Sequence record: PZ256263.1 | Strand: one strand, 5' to 3' | Length of the DNA: 64,000 nucleotides | DNA from: a phage | Shown here: positions 1 through 9,049 of the stretch, one piece after another | Numbering within the stretch: the first letter of the stretch is position 1 | How the letters are laid out: the number at the start of each line of letters is the position of its first letter | Translations under genes and position numbers: made by a program | Notes under the pieces: model-generated | What the model was told of the DNA's origin: nothing | The model's input: the letters and a program-made list of their open reading frames with translations, nothing else | Databases searched by the model: none

Positions 1-92
1 AGCCGCTCCGCGCGCGTTTCCTAAAAAGGGGGAGTCCTCAAATAAAAAAGGGTTATTGGCAATGCCTTTACACCTCCTTCAACGTTCCAGCG

Positions 93-557
93 TTTCCCCG
101 TGCCTACTCCCCGTTATTCTTTCCCCGTGTATACTACCCAATACATTACCTACCCGTTTATTTAGTTCCCCTTTAAAGAGTGAGAGAAAGGCTATACTCT
201 GATAAGGCACAATCATAACAGGTCTAATAATACCGTATTGTTACCATTCAGCTCCCCATAGTTTGAGTGTAAATAGTTTCAATAGTAATAATTATGAGTG
301 CAATAATGATGTATGTATTAATTAAGTGGATGATTGTATTTCTTTTAATTGTTTCTTTTATTACTTTCTTTTTCAGCGTGCCTTTGTGAGTACGAAGTAC
401 GAACGTCTTTGATGTTTGAGTTATACAATTATTTAAGTGGTATATTATTACCGCACTATCTTGCATGTTTCCCCGTGGTCTGTCCTGCGGTTGTGTGTTC
501 CCCGTTCGTCCTGGTCTGTTGGTCTGCTACCCGTAGCGCCAGCGTAACACCCGTAGG
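93..557. repeat. Cluster of short CCCCGT-containing direct repeats (TTTCCCCGTG at 93-102, 120-129, 468-477; variants near 107, 154, 498, 529, 549)
   Basis: Direct reading of the non-coding region at the window start; no convincing ORF/RBS. Possible terminal, packaging or origin-associated iterons. Confidence 0.45.
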
Positions 558-671
558 ATTAGTGTTATAAAGTAACAATAGTCAGTAAGATAATCCCCTG
601 AATGCAGAAAGTTTAGTAAATTAAATTCCTTTAGTTTTCAGTAGGATGCAAGAAAGTTAGAAAATAAATGG

Positions 672-699
672 TTGACAGGCTTTTCCTTTATTATATAGT
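672..699 (+). promoter_or_regulatory. Host sigma70-like promoter (TTGACA, 16-nt spacer, TATAGT)
   Basis: -35 TTGACA at 672-677 and -10 TATAGT at 694-699, AT-rich upstream, about 45 nt before the first gene. Confidence 0.6.
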
Positions 700-743
700 T
701 GCGATTGTAGTTCGTAGTTTTCATCAACCGTAAGGAATATCAA

Positions 744-1616
744 ATGTCTAAAGTAGCAATTAACCACTTGAACAAAGCAAACGAAAGCCTTTCCTCTTTG
801 GGCTTGTCTGTTGGTAGTCCTGATGCGTGGATGGAAAACGAAAGCGCACGTAAAGGATTCAAAAACTCTGTAATGCTGGCTTGCTTGATCATTAATTCCA
901 CTGCGAACGCTTTACAGTGTGAAGATGAAAGCACGTTCAAAGAAAACGGTTTTACCGATATGCAGGACGCTATCAATTGCTACATTCAAGCAAATTTAGA
1001 TAGTTGGAATCAGAAAGATTGGCCTGAATCATGCCGCGATGTGAAAGCTGAATTATCCCGCTTGTCTGTCATGGTTGAAGCATGGAACAAGAAAAACAAG
1101 AAACAGCCAATCAAGCCTACTGTTGCAAGTAAGATTATGAAGTCTGTTAATCTGGCAAGTTATGCACTGGTTGCAGCTATTGGTGTTAGTGCACTGGTCA
1201 CATCTCTTTCTGATAAGGCTATCGCTAGTCCTACTCCTGCAACTGATGCCGCTGATGTTTTCGCTAGTTCCATCAATAAGGGTTGGATGATTTGCAACGG
1301 TGCGGATAGTGATGGAAGTACTATTGTATTAAAAATGAAGTTTAGCAACGTAACTAATGATGGCGTTCTCTTTCAGTCTAAGACACTAGACAATCAGCCT
1401 AACAATGATCTAGTTCTCAAGCGCACCGATAGTGACTCGGATATGGTTACATTTGGCACTGTACAACGTTACGAAGACGTTAAAGCTGTAACCAATCTAG
1501 TGAGTTATGGCCCGATCAATGAGTCGATGATTGCTACCACTGTTTACAATAACGCTGATAACGCTGTTTATACCGTTCACGTTAATTTAGCCAACTGTAT
1601 TAAGGCTAGTAAGTAA
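744..1616 (+). CDS. Hypothetical early protein (290 aa) with a central hydrophobic segment
   Basis: Long ORF directly downstream of the sigma70-like promoter; putative TM segment VNLASYALVAAIGVSALVTSL; no recognisable motif. Confidence 0.6.
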   Translation: MSKVAINHLNKANESLSSLGLSVGSPDAWMENESARKGFKNSVMLACLIINSTANALQCEDESTFKENGFTDMQDAINCYIQANLDSWNQKDWPESCRDVKAELSRLSVMVEAWNKKNKKQPIKPTVASKIMKSVNLASYALVAAIGVSALVTSLSDKAIASPTPATDAADVFASSINKGWMICNGADSDGSTIVLKMKFSNVTNDGVLFQSKTLDNQPNNDLVLKRTDSDSDMVTFGTVQRYEDVKAVTNLVSYGPINESMIATTVYNNADNAVYTVHVNLANCIKASK

Positions 1617-1641
1617 ATAACCTATTTTTGGGAGTGTAAAA

Positions 1642-1905
1642 ATGGCTATTAAAGAAATTAAGCTGGCTAATGGTTTTTCTTGCTTCGTTGGTCGTTCTGA
1701 AATCATGTTTAACACGCTTGATGGTCAGATAACCTTGCCTATTATCACTTTTTGCAAGATGGAATTTCAGCCTCTTAAGGATTGGTTAGCATTTGCTGAC
1801 CTTGAAATTACCCGTGAAGACTTCAAATCAATTTATATTGACGGTGATTTATCACTGGCTAACCTGCTTAATCATGGGCTAATTAAGGGTGATATTAATG
1901 GCTAA
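1642..1905 (+). CDS. Hypothetical protein (87 aa)
   Basis: ORF with GGGAG-like RBS upstream, tightly packed in the early operon. Confidence 0.5.
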   Translation: MAIKEIKLANGFSCFVGRSEIMFNTLDGQITLPIITFCKMEFQPLKDWLAFADLEITREDFKSIYIDGDLSLANLLNHGLIKGDING

Positions 1906-2119
1906 CCGTATCGTGATTAATAAATCAGTATCTTTAAACGGTTGTATCGTTGAAGTGCTAGGATGTTATGGCGAAAGCAGGTTATCCGCTCCCGCGCTAT
2001 GCAATTTGTCAGAATACAAAGCACGCATAACCGTTGCCTATTTAGGCGGTGAGTTATCATCTGACGATTATCAGGCACTAGTTAATCATTATGAGGATTG
2101 GAAACGTTATGGGAAATGA
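1898..2119 (+). CDS. Hypothetical protein (73 aa)
   Basis: ATG at 1898 preceded by AAGGGTGA; the track start at 1889 is an in-frame GTG. Confidence 0.45.
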   Translation: MANRIVINKSVSLNGCIVEVLGCYGESRLSAPALCNLSEYKARITVAYLGGELSSDDYQALVNHYEDWKRYGK

Positions 2120-2372
2120 AACTATCGCGTTAATTGATACGCATAATTACGGTGGCGTTACACTATCCTTTGATGAATCAACCGACGTTGGTTATTTGTC
2201 TTTTCTTTCCAAAGGTGAGATACAAAATATACGCTTTCCTATTGTCTGCTTAGTGCAAGATTATCTAACTATTGGGAAGTATTTAGCCCAGCGTGGGATT
2301 TTGTTGTCGCTGGAAGAAGTGGAACAAATCAGCGTATCATTTTTTGGCGAGGGTAGCAATGAAGAAGAATGA
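2109..2372 (+). CDS. Hypothetical protein (about 87 aa)
   Basis: ATG at 2109 overlaps the upstream stop (coupled arrangement); alternative start 2091. Confidence 0.45.
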   Translation: MGNETIALIDTHNYGGVTLSFDESTDVGYLSFLSKGEIQNIRFPIVCLVQDYLTIGKYLAQRGILLSLEEVEQISVSFFGEGSNEEE

Positions 2373-2464
2373 TTATTTTTGGCGTTGCTTGTTCGTTGTT
2401 ACAGTGGCGTTATTCGTCGCTGATATGCTTTATTCTTATATTCTCTAACTAAAGGTTTATTATC

Positions 2465-2830
2465 ATGGGTATTATCAAATTTGTAGTAAAAGTATTCGTA
2501 GGCTTCTTTCTGGTTGTTCTTCTGTTAGGTGTCCTGTTATCGGCTATGGGTAGCGTTAAGGCTGCAACATTCTCCCCTGCTACGGTGGAAGGTTTACAGT
2601 GCACCTATTTGATAGAAAATTATGATACCGGTAAAAAGTCACCTAAAGTTATTATTTTGCATGTAAATGATTTCGATCATGTGCAATCAGATAGTAAAAC
2701 TATTCTACTGGTAAATGAAACTACTGGTAAACAAATAACGGTCGATCACTTGATGCGCTCATCGTTAACGCTCTTTGATGAGTCTATGAATGAAATTGAG
2801 TCCGGTAATGGTCAATGTGTAAATCCATAG
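2465..2830 (+). CDS. Small membrane or secreted protein (121 aa)
   Basis: N-terminal hydrophobic stretch FVGFFLVVLLLGVLLSAMG; RBS-like AAAGG upstream. Confidence 0.55.
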   Translation: MGIIKFVVKVFVGFFLVVLLLGVLLSAMGSVKAATFSPATVEGLQCTYLIENYDTGKKSPKVIILHVNDFDHVQSDSKTILLVNETTGKQITVDHLMRSSLTLFDESMNEIESGNGQCVNP

Positions 2831-2906
2831 GCTTAATCTTTCTCCTGTATTGTGCCGTGGTCATGCCTATGGTCATAATCTATCTGATGCTTTAAATCCT
2901 TCCTGT

Positions 2907-2936
2907 AAGCCTCCTAGTGAGGCTTTTCTATTTTCT
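2907..2936 (+). terminator. Rho-independent terminator-like hairpin
   Basis: AAGCCTC / GAGGCTT stem with 5-nt loop followed by TTCTATTTTCT. Confidence 0.55.
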
Positions 2937-3107
2937 AAGGTGATTGTATACCTTACTCCCTTTTAGCTCATTGTGATGCGTTATAGGCCGCTTGTTATCG
3001 CTTTACAAGCCTTTTCCTATGATGTATCACGTTCGCCCGCTCTTTTACCTTCCCATAGTGAAAAAGTTTAAAATATTTTGTTTTACCCTATTGCATCCCT
3101 CACTGAT

Positions 3108-3116
3108 TAATGTATA
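3108..3116 (+). promoter_or_regulatory. TAATGTATA motif (candidate promoter for the phage sigma factor)
   Basis: Exact TAATGTATA; the same motif recurs upstream of several genes. No ORF lies immediately downstream, so function here is uncertain. Confidence 0.3.
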
Positions 3117-3216
3117 CTTCATTTCATCGGGTACGATGTAAAACATACAAGGCAAGGAAACTTGCCCCGCTCTTTAAAAATCAGGCTAGAAAGTGAAAAT
3201 ATTCTTAAAAAGAGTA

Positions 3217-3245
3217 TTGACACCGAAAACAGCCTGATATATAGT
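3217..3245 (+). promoter_or_regulatory. Strong host sigma70-like promoter (TTGACA, 17 nt, TATAGT)
   Basis: Consensus -35 at 3217-3222, 17-nt spacer, -10 TATAGT at 3240-3245; AT-rich UP-like sequence upstream. Confidence 0.65.
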
Positions 3246-3848
3246 GAGCATAGTCAGCGATGACTTAAAAAATCCCGCTCTTTAAAAATATGATTTGTCT
3301 TACGGGTGGCGGCGACGTCATTACTATAAGGCGCTCAGTTAATCGGTAGAATTGATTCCTGATTCATACGTGACGCAGGCGGACAATAAGCAATATCAAT
3401 AAGCCTTATTTGTTCGATACTTTCAAAAGATTAATGCTTGAAAGCGCACTAGATTCCCTGAAAGACAAATCAGACTTATCATCTTGCCCTTTCGCATAGA
3501 TTCACGCGAGATAAGGGAAAGGAATTAAAAGAAGATGATAAAAAGAGTTGCAAACGTGGTTAAAGTAGTCCATACTAACCACAAGTTAGCAAAACATCGC
3601 TAACTAGTTCCCAAATCAACGTATCGCGGGAAAGGTGGCACATAGTGCAGCGATTAGTTCAGGTGTAGGCGGCCTGTTAATGAATCAGTAAGCCTTCAAT
3701 GTGACAGTGATTAGCAGACACTTTAAAAGGCTAAACGCTCTTTAACAATATGAATCATAAGTTAAGCCTCACCGCTTAATCTTCAATCAAATAAAGCTGA
3801 TTGATATATCCTCCCAATAGTGGGAACGACGAAAAAGATTAAAAAGCG

Positions 3849-3877
3849 GTTGACAGCGAAAACAACATGATTCATAA
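3849..3877 (+). promoter_or_regulatory. Strong host sigma70-like promoter (TTGACA, 17 nt, CATAAT)
   Basis: Consensus -35 at 3849-3854, 17-nt spacer, -10 CATAAT at 3872-3877; flanks resemble the promoter at 3217. Confidence 0.65.
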
Positions 3878-4801
3878 TGAGCACTCACTAAGCAAATCAT
3901 CGCTTCAGTGAAAAGCGTAACAACGGCTAACAGTTGCATAGTGTGAGAAAGCACACTGATAGATTTACCGCTCTTTAATAATTTAAACATTCTCCTATAT
4001 CGGTTGAATATGTTAGATGATAATAACCATCGGATAACATACCAGATAAAACGGCGTAAAACTCCCTAAATTATCAGGGTAAACAGTTTTACATTCCCTT
4101 ACTGGAAACGTCACCACTGATAAACAGATTCATCGAGTACACGCAAAGACTTAAGCTAATCGCCCACGGTTAAGGGTAGCGGCGGTCATCGCTAACATGG
4201 TGCTACGGTGAAAGAAGTTAATCAGGGTAGGCAATCCCGACGAATTAACGCTCAATTGAGAGCGGCGGGGAGTGGTTAAAAAGTGGCAAATTGCTATTTA
4301 ACAATAAGGTTTAGTGTGAACGTTTACGATGTGAACGGCTTGAGATTCATCTTATGATGAAAGTACATAGTCGGTTTATGTAGTAAACTTGCCGAAAGAT
4401 ATAAAACGTCGGAACATTAGACGGTCAATGACTCTTTCGCAATAGTATCCCGTAGTGGGCGATGACTAGCGATTGAGAGTTGATATAAAAGGATAGGCGA
4501 GAGCGAAAGCAAAGTAAACGATATTGCCGACGGTTACAATAACGTAACTAATTAGAGTCGGACGCACTGCCTTATTGTGATGATTGATCATCGCTATCAG
4601 GTCGGCTTCGTTTATAGCGACTAATTAAAGATACCAGATGAAACATCACGGATAAGGGGGCGGCAAGGTTAACTCCTGATAAGACCGCCCCACTTACCTA
4701 TAACTACTGAATAGTTAGCGGTTATAGTTAAGTTAATAGCGACTTAAACAAGCTCATAGAGAGCGGGGCAATAGCGCCCTTATAATTGAAAGGTGAATAT
4801 C

Positions 4802-5701
4802 ATGGCTAAAATCTTTAATCTGGTAAAAGAATCTGGTTTTAACGCACTGGCTAACAACATTCGTAGCAATAATGCGGCGATCAAACAAGATGTTTCTAAC
4901 TTCCTGTTAGGGCACTTGCAGCACTTCCGCAGTAACGGTAAAAAGCTGGACGTATTGCAGACGGCTGTTGACTTCCTGTTAACTGAACGTTTTCGTGATA
5001 TGGATGTTATCGCTACCGCAATTACTTTCTTAACTCCTATCAAGTTTAACACCGATGCGGCAAATGGTCGTAAAAAGTGGATTAATCTGGAAGGTGAGGC
5101 GAAAGCTAAAGAAGACGCGAAAGAAGCACAAATTAAGGCCAAAATGGAACAAAACCGCGCTCGCTGGTCAAACGCTTTCGAAAACTTCGCGTTAGGTCGT
5201 GAAATTGAAGTCGATAATCCTAACTTCTTCAAAGGTTGCAATGACAACGTAGCGGCACACCTGCAAATTCCGGCAAAGAATAAAGAAGACTTTAACCAAG
5301 ATATTTACGCTTTGGTTGAACGCTTGAATGCAATCCGTATTGAAGCCAAATTACTGGCTGATGAGCGCAACGGCGCAACTAGTGATAACACTATTGCCCT
5401 GAGCGAAGAGGTAGGAAAGGTTAAGAAATCTTTTGATTCACTCATCAAGAAAGTCACGGCCTCAACGGTAGCGATCTCTGATGACTACCTGATGAACGCA
5501 TCAAGCAAGGAATTGGAATCTCTCGATTCATACGCTGATGAAATGGAAAAGACTGTTGCAGCTATGCAGGAGAAGTTAGAAAGTCTGCGCGGTCGTATCT
5601 CTTCAACGGTTGCTACCCGTACCGAACAAGCGGCGAAAGCAGAAGAAGAAGAAGTATTGCGCAAAGCGGCTGAAATTATGGCAGCACGTCAGGCTGCATA
5701 A
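4802..5701 (+). CDS. Hypothetical early protein (299 aa), predicted helical/coiled-coil
   Basis: ATG at 4802 with AAAGGTGA RBS 6 nt upstream; followed by a strong terminator, suggesting a discrete highly expressed early unit. Confidence 0.7.
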   Translation: MAKIFNLVKESGFNALANNIRSNNAAIKQDVSNFLLGHLQHFRSNGKKLDVLQTAVDFLLTERFRDMDVIATAITFLTPIKFNTDAANGRKKWINLEGEAKAKEDAKEAQIKAKMEQNRARWSNAFENFALGREIEVDNPNFFKGCNDNVAAHLQIPAKNKEDFNQDIYALVERLNAIRIEAKLLADERNGATSDNTIALSEEVGKVKKSFDSLIKKVTASTVAISDDYLMNASSKELESLDSYADEMEKTVAAMQEKLESLRGRISSTVATRTEQAAKAEEEEVLRKAAEIMAARQAA

Positions 5702-5723
5702 GTAAGACAATTCAAATAAACAT

Positions 5724-5759
5724 AAGGCGCTATCTTAACGGGTAGCGCCTTTTCTTTTA
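5724..5759 (+). terminator. Rho-independent terminator
   Basis: Perfect 9-bp stem AAGGCGCTA / TAGCGCCTT followed by a T-run. Confidence 0.7.
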
Positions 5760-5812
5760 TCAGTGCATTGATTCAGTGCATTAATCAAAGAATCTAATCA
5801 AAGGTGATGATC

Positions 5813-6031
5813 ATGTTAATTACGCATACCACGATTTATCGGAATCTTGTCAACGGTCAACATTACCGCCTATCTAAAAAGTATGGCGTTGAATGTAAAT
5901 GTGTTATTACCGGTGAATGGTATCCGTCGCCAATGAAGATTGAAGCATTGGAACGTGAAGCGATCAGCTATATTATCACGCAAGAAACAACGTTAGGCCG
6001 TATCTTAAGAAAGTTGGGATTGAGAAAATGA
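5813..6031 (+). CDS. Hypothetical protein (72 aa)
   Basis: ATG at 5813 with AAGGTGA 5 nt upstream; tandem 13-bp direct repeat just upstream. Confidence 0.5.
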   Translation: MLITHTTIYRNLVNGQHYRLSKKYGVECKCVITGEWYPSPMKIEALEREAISYIITQETTLGRILRKLGLRK

Positions 6032-6252
6032 TATTCAGTAGCAATTTTGGCAAGTGTCCTATTTGTGAGAAACATCGCAGCACGGGAAACCATCGCAAAT
6101 GTAGTAAGATATTACAGCGCCAACGTGATAACAATCATTGGGAAACTGTACACACTAATCAGCGTAAAGAAGAAGTTAGAAAAATGGCTGTTAAAGCGTC
6201 ATTTGCTCAATCCACCCGTATTGAACACATTCAAAGGTATCAAGCATCATGA
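6028..6252 (+). CDS. Hypothetical Cys/His-containing protein (74 aa)
   Basis: ATGA start/stop overlap with the upstream gene; CPICEKH motif; preferred over the overlapping other-frame ORF 6047-6259. Confidence 0.45.
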   Translation: MIFSSNFGKCPICEKHRSTGNHRKCSKILQRQRDNNHWETVHTNQRKEEVRKMAVKASFAQSTRIEHIQRYQAS

Positions 6253-6458
6253 TCACTAATATTTCAGAGTTTAAGAAAGCTCCTTCCCGACTGTTAGGCC
6301 GTCGTGTTGTATATCTTTACAGCAACAAAGGTAAATGTACAACCGGAAGAATTACAACGGTGAGTAGTACCAACAAAACACTACTAAAGTTATGCGTGGC
6401 TATGGATGACGGTACAATCCTGCTACGAAGTTGGAAATCTTTCGGTTTACTTGATTGA
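6249..6458 (+). CDS. Hypothetical protein (69 aa)
   Basis: ATGA overlap with the upstream gene (translational coupling pattern). Confidence 0.45.
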   Translation: MITNISEFKKAPSRLLGRRVVYLYSNKGKCTTGRITTVSSTNKTLLKLCVAMDDGTILLRSWKSFGLLD

Positions 6459-6527
6459 GTTGTTTGTTCAAGCCTGTCACCTTGATGGGCTTGCCCGATA
6501 TAACTTATCACTAAAAGGAATAAGATT

Positions 6528-6971
6528 GTGGCTAAATCAAAAATCAGCATGAAGGGTGGGCGTTGTTTTTCTATCTCTGAACTGGAGAAAGAGAAGCCGA
6601 AGGCAACCAATCACGTCAGTAAGCGTAGTTTAAAACGTCGTGCTGCAAAGGCTGAAGCTGAATCCCATATTCCTTCTAGTGTGGCAAAGCGTATAGGCCA
6701 TCGTGTTCATCGTGCTGATGCGTTATTGTTAGCCGATCATAAACGTTCTTTATTACAGAGCGGGGGAGCTAAAACAGAAGAGGAGAAGAAGTTAGAAATC
6801 TTCTGTAATGGTCGCACCCGTGGTAAACAGAAGTTTAAGGGTAGCACTAAAGACCCTCAAGCATTTCCTAAGACAAGTCAGTGTGCGCCTGATGTTTTCT
6901 ACGCAGATAGTAAACACAAATGGGGAGTTGAAAAATACATTGACCCCATCAAAGAGGCAAGGGTTAAATAG
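6528..6971 (+). CDS. Hypothetical basic protein (147 aa)
   Basis: GTG start; Lys/Arg-rich sequence. Confidence 0.45.
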   Translation: MAKSKISMKGGRCFSISELEKEKPKATNHVSKRSLKRRAAKAEAESHIPSSVAKRIGHRVHRADALLLADHKRSLLQSGGAKTEEEKKLEIFCNGRTRGKQKFKGSTKDPQAFPKTSQCAPDVFYADSKHKWGVEKYIDPIKEARVK

Positions 6972-7051
6972 TAGGAATATAGCCCCCTCTTTTAGTACTA
7001 TGACGCTCTTTCTGTCGCGTCGTGCCCTCTCCCCATTTGAAGCTTCCGCAT

Positions 7052-7074
7052 AGCCGCCTTTGAGCGGCTTTTTG
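7052..7074 (+). terminator. Rho-independent terminator-like hairpin
   Basis: GCCGC / GCGGC stem followed by TTTTT. Confidence 0.55.
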
Positions 7075-7136
7075 CGTTGCTGTAAGTGCATTTGCGAGTG
7101 TATTTATAGCAACGGTCATGTGTTGCTTTCAGGTTT

Positions 7137-7163
7137 GCCCCGGCTACGGCTGGGGCTTTTTTA
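7137..7163 (+). terminator. Rho-independent terminator
   Basis: GCCCCGGC-tacg-GCTGGGGC stem (one G-U pair) followed by TTTTTTAT. Confidence 0.6.
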
Positions 7164-7211
7164 TGCCCGTAAAACAGGAGGTAGCAAGTTCTGATAACAA
7201 CGGCCCAGCTA

Positions 7212-7601
7212 ATGTTGACATTGACTATTTATTATGAGGCAGGGAATCAGCCAACCGCATGTAAAGCTATGGTTGCGGATACCGTGATAAATAGAATGGC
7301 CCAACGAAAACTGACCGCTGAACAGGTGATAAGACAAAAGAACCAGTTTGAGTGGATTCCGGTACTATTAAAACAGGAGAAACCTTATAAACGTTATGTA
7401 AAGCTGATTCGTGATAAAAATCCGATGACTAAGAAGGCCATTGGAGAAAGCGAGCGGCTGGCTAAACGTGCCCTTAAGAAGAATTATGTTCCGCTGTACA
7501 GTGGGACTTACTTTCAGAGTAAGAGCGAAGGGGTGCCAAAATGGTATGCCAATCCTATGTATTGTGGTGATTTAGTGTTCGATAATAGCTCTAGGGAATA
7601 A
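7212..7601 (+). CDS. SleB/CwlJ-like cell-wall hydrolase domain protein (129 aa)
   Basis: YYEAGNQ...VADTVINRM...VIRQKNQFEWIP...PKWYANP resembles the Hydrolase_2 (SleB/CwlJ) pattern by eye; start codon uncertain. Confidence 0.5.
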   Translation: MLTLTIYYEAGNQPTACKAMVADTVINRMAQRKLTAEQVIRQKNQFEWIPVLLKQEKPYKRYVKLIRDKNPMTKKAIGESERLAKRALKKNYVPLYSGTYFQSKSEGVPKWYANPMYCGDLVFDNSSRE

Positions 7602-7800
7602 TCACTAGTGCCAGATTTGACAAACTAAATTCCTTTATAAACCAACCACTTAGTAAATTTATTGAAAAAGATGGTAGTATTCTGGGACTATGGGTAATGC
7701 TCTGTATATAGACCCTTTGAAAATTTCTTAGAAAATAAGTTTACTAAATATAACTTACTTAAATAATATTACTTTTAATCTCTGATAAAGGGTAAACAAT

Positions 7801-8097
7801 ATGACTTTAGAAGTATATAAATTCCTTTTTGTAAGCTGTTTAACTATCAGCGTTCTAGGGTTTATTATTCTCAGAAACAAAGCAGCAAGCTGGGAGAGAA
7901 TGTACAAATCTCTAGTCCGAGTGGATGAGATGTATAATGAGAAAGTTAAAGCAACTCTTAACGATCTTATTATGCAAGTTGAGGACAGAAACAAGCGTCT
8001 TCAGAATCTCAACCATGAAGTATTACGCCTTGCTCGTGCTAATGAAGATTTGCGAGTAGCCATTGCTAAACAGCAGGAGATTAACAGTGAAGCATGA
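7801..8097 (+). CDS. Hypothetical membrane-anchored coiled-coil protein (98 aa)
   Basis: N-terminal hydrophobic segment then a heptad-like charged region. Confidence 0.5.
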   Translation: MTLEVYKFLFVSCLTISVLGFIILRNKAASWERMYKSLVRVDEMYNEKVKATLNDLIMQVEDRNKRLQNLNHEVLRLARANEDLRVAIAKQQEINSEA

Positions 8098-8344
8098 TAT
8101 CAATACAGCACCTGTGGTTAAGCAGCTTAAAGATCTAAGAGTGGGGGATGTTTTTGAAACTGTACCACATAAGAATAAGTTGTATCTTGTAGTAAAACTC
8201 GATTCTTCAACTGTTTATCAAGCCCAATGGAAACCTGATAAAAAGGTAGTAGTAGATCTTACTTCAGATAGAGTAACAATGTTGAGAAAAGATACTGTTG
8301 TTCAAATAGTTGATAATGTTCGTCTTACTAATAAGGTGGATTAA
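8087..8344 (+). CDS. Small paralogous protein, family A member 1
   Basis: Shares GDVF ... aromatic pair ... NLxTG-like pattern with 10 other ORFs; GTG at 8087 with CAGGAGA RBS (track start 8063). Confidence 0.5.
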   Translation: MKHDINTAPVVKQLKDLRVGDVFETVPHKNKLYLVVKLDSSTVYQAQWKPDKKVVVDLTSDRVTMLRKDTVVQIVDNVRLTNKVD

Positions 8345-8346
8345 CA

Positions 8347-8583
8347 GTGAAAGTTAATATTAAATCCGATCGTACAATGCTTCGCTTAAATAATATGAAG
8401 CCGGGCGTTCTATTTGAGCGTAAAGATTCCCTTTACATCAGAACCGACACTCTGTACGCAGATAATTATATCAACTGTGTTGATGTAGTAACTGGAAAGC
8501 TCATGCCTTTTAAACGGGATGAAGTCTGCCAAGTTCGTAGCGATCTCCACATAACTAACATAGAGGCTAAAGATGAAGATTGA
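8347..8583 (+). CDS. Small paralogous protein, family A member 2
   Basis: GTG start after AAGGTGGA; family A pattern (PGVLFERK ... LYIRT ... VDVVTGKL). Confidence 0.5.
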   Translation: MKVNIKSDRTMLRLNNMKPGVLFERKDSLYIRTDTLYADNYINCVDVVTGKLMPFKRDEVCQVRSDLHITNIEAKDED

Positions 8584-8824
8584 TCTTGAGATGAAAGCTA
8601 AAGAGTTGTGTGTGGGTGATTTGAAACTTGGTGATGTATTCCAAGTTAAGGCAACATGTATTGATTATTACATGATCGTTCAGCTATATACACCACATGT
8701 GTCAGAGACTGATCTTCGGAATGGTTGTGTAGTGCTTAGTTTAAGCACCAATCAAGTAATGAAGCTAGATTCAAACTTACCTGTTTCAGTTATCCATGAT
8801 GCAGTAATTACCAATCGGAAGTGA
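8573..8824 (+). CDS. Small paralogous protein, family A member 3
   Basis: LGDVFQV ... DYYMIV ... family A pattern. Confidence 0.55.
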   Translation: MKIDLEMKAKELCVGDLKLGDVFQVKATCIDYYMIVQLYTPHVSETDLRNGCVVLSLSTNQVMKLDSNLPVSVIHDAVITNRK

Positions 8825-8826
8825 AC

Positions 8827-9039
8827 ATGAACATTGAAAAGAAGGTTGTTGACGAGGCTGTTCAGTTACGATCTCTTGAAACACATGATGTATTTGTGTG
8901 GGGAGGTAGTCTGTTTCAGAAATCTGCTTATGCTGTAGAGGGTGGGGTTCGTTGTTTTAATATCTTCAACAATGAGATGCAAATCCTACCTAACTTCGCT
9001 CATGTGAATAAACTTATCCACCTTTCTATTTATCAATAA
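8827..9039 (+). CDS. Small paralogous protein, family A member 4 (divergent)
   Basis: ATG at 8827 after GGAAGTGA; weaker family A pattern (HDVFVWG). Confidence 0.45.
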   Translation: MNIEKKVVDEAVQLRSLETHDVFVWGGSLFQKSAYAVEGGVRCFNIFNNEMQILPNFAHVNKLIHLSIYQ

Positions 9040-9049
9040 GGGCAATTAG

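Larger units (their letters stand above)
3167..3982 (+). repeat. Dispersed repeat CCGCTCTTTAAnAAT, 4 copies (3167-3181, 3275-3289, 3735-3749, 3968-3982)
   Basis: Near-identical 15-mers, most preceded by a short hairpin, flanking two strong sigma70-like promoters in an ORF-free region. Confidence 0.5.

Noticed and set aside
248-570. Track ORFs 248-466 (-) and 349-570 (+) in the first 600 bp
   Set aside because: Low-complexity, AT-rich, no RBS, and they overlap the CCCCGT repeat cluster; more likely non-coding terminal sequence.
3167-3982. CCGCTCTTTAAnAAT repeats as a possible CRISPR-like array
   Set aside because: Copies are irregularly spaced (about 108, 460, 233 bp), only 15 nt long, and not separated by uniform spacers.
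3787-3990. Track ORF on the minus strand inside the ORF-free early region
   Set aside because: Runs antisense across the sigma70-like promoter at 3849-3877 and a repeat copy; no RBS; treated as chance.
4780-5247. Minus-strand ORF 4780-5247 and the TATAAT at 4780-4785
   Set aside because: The ORF is an antisense shadow of 4802-5701. The TATAAT hexamer has no -35 and overlaps the RBS region, so it is not a credible promoter.
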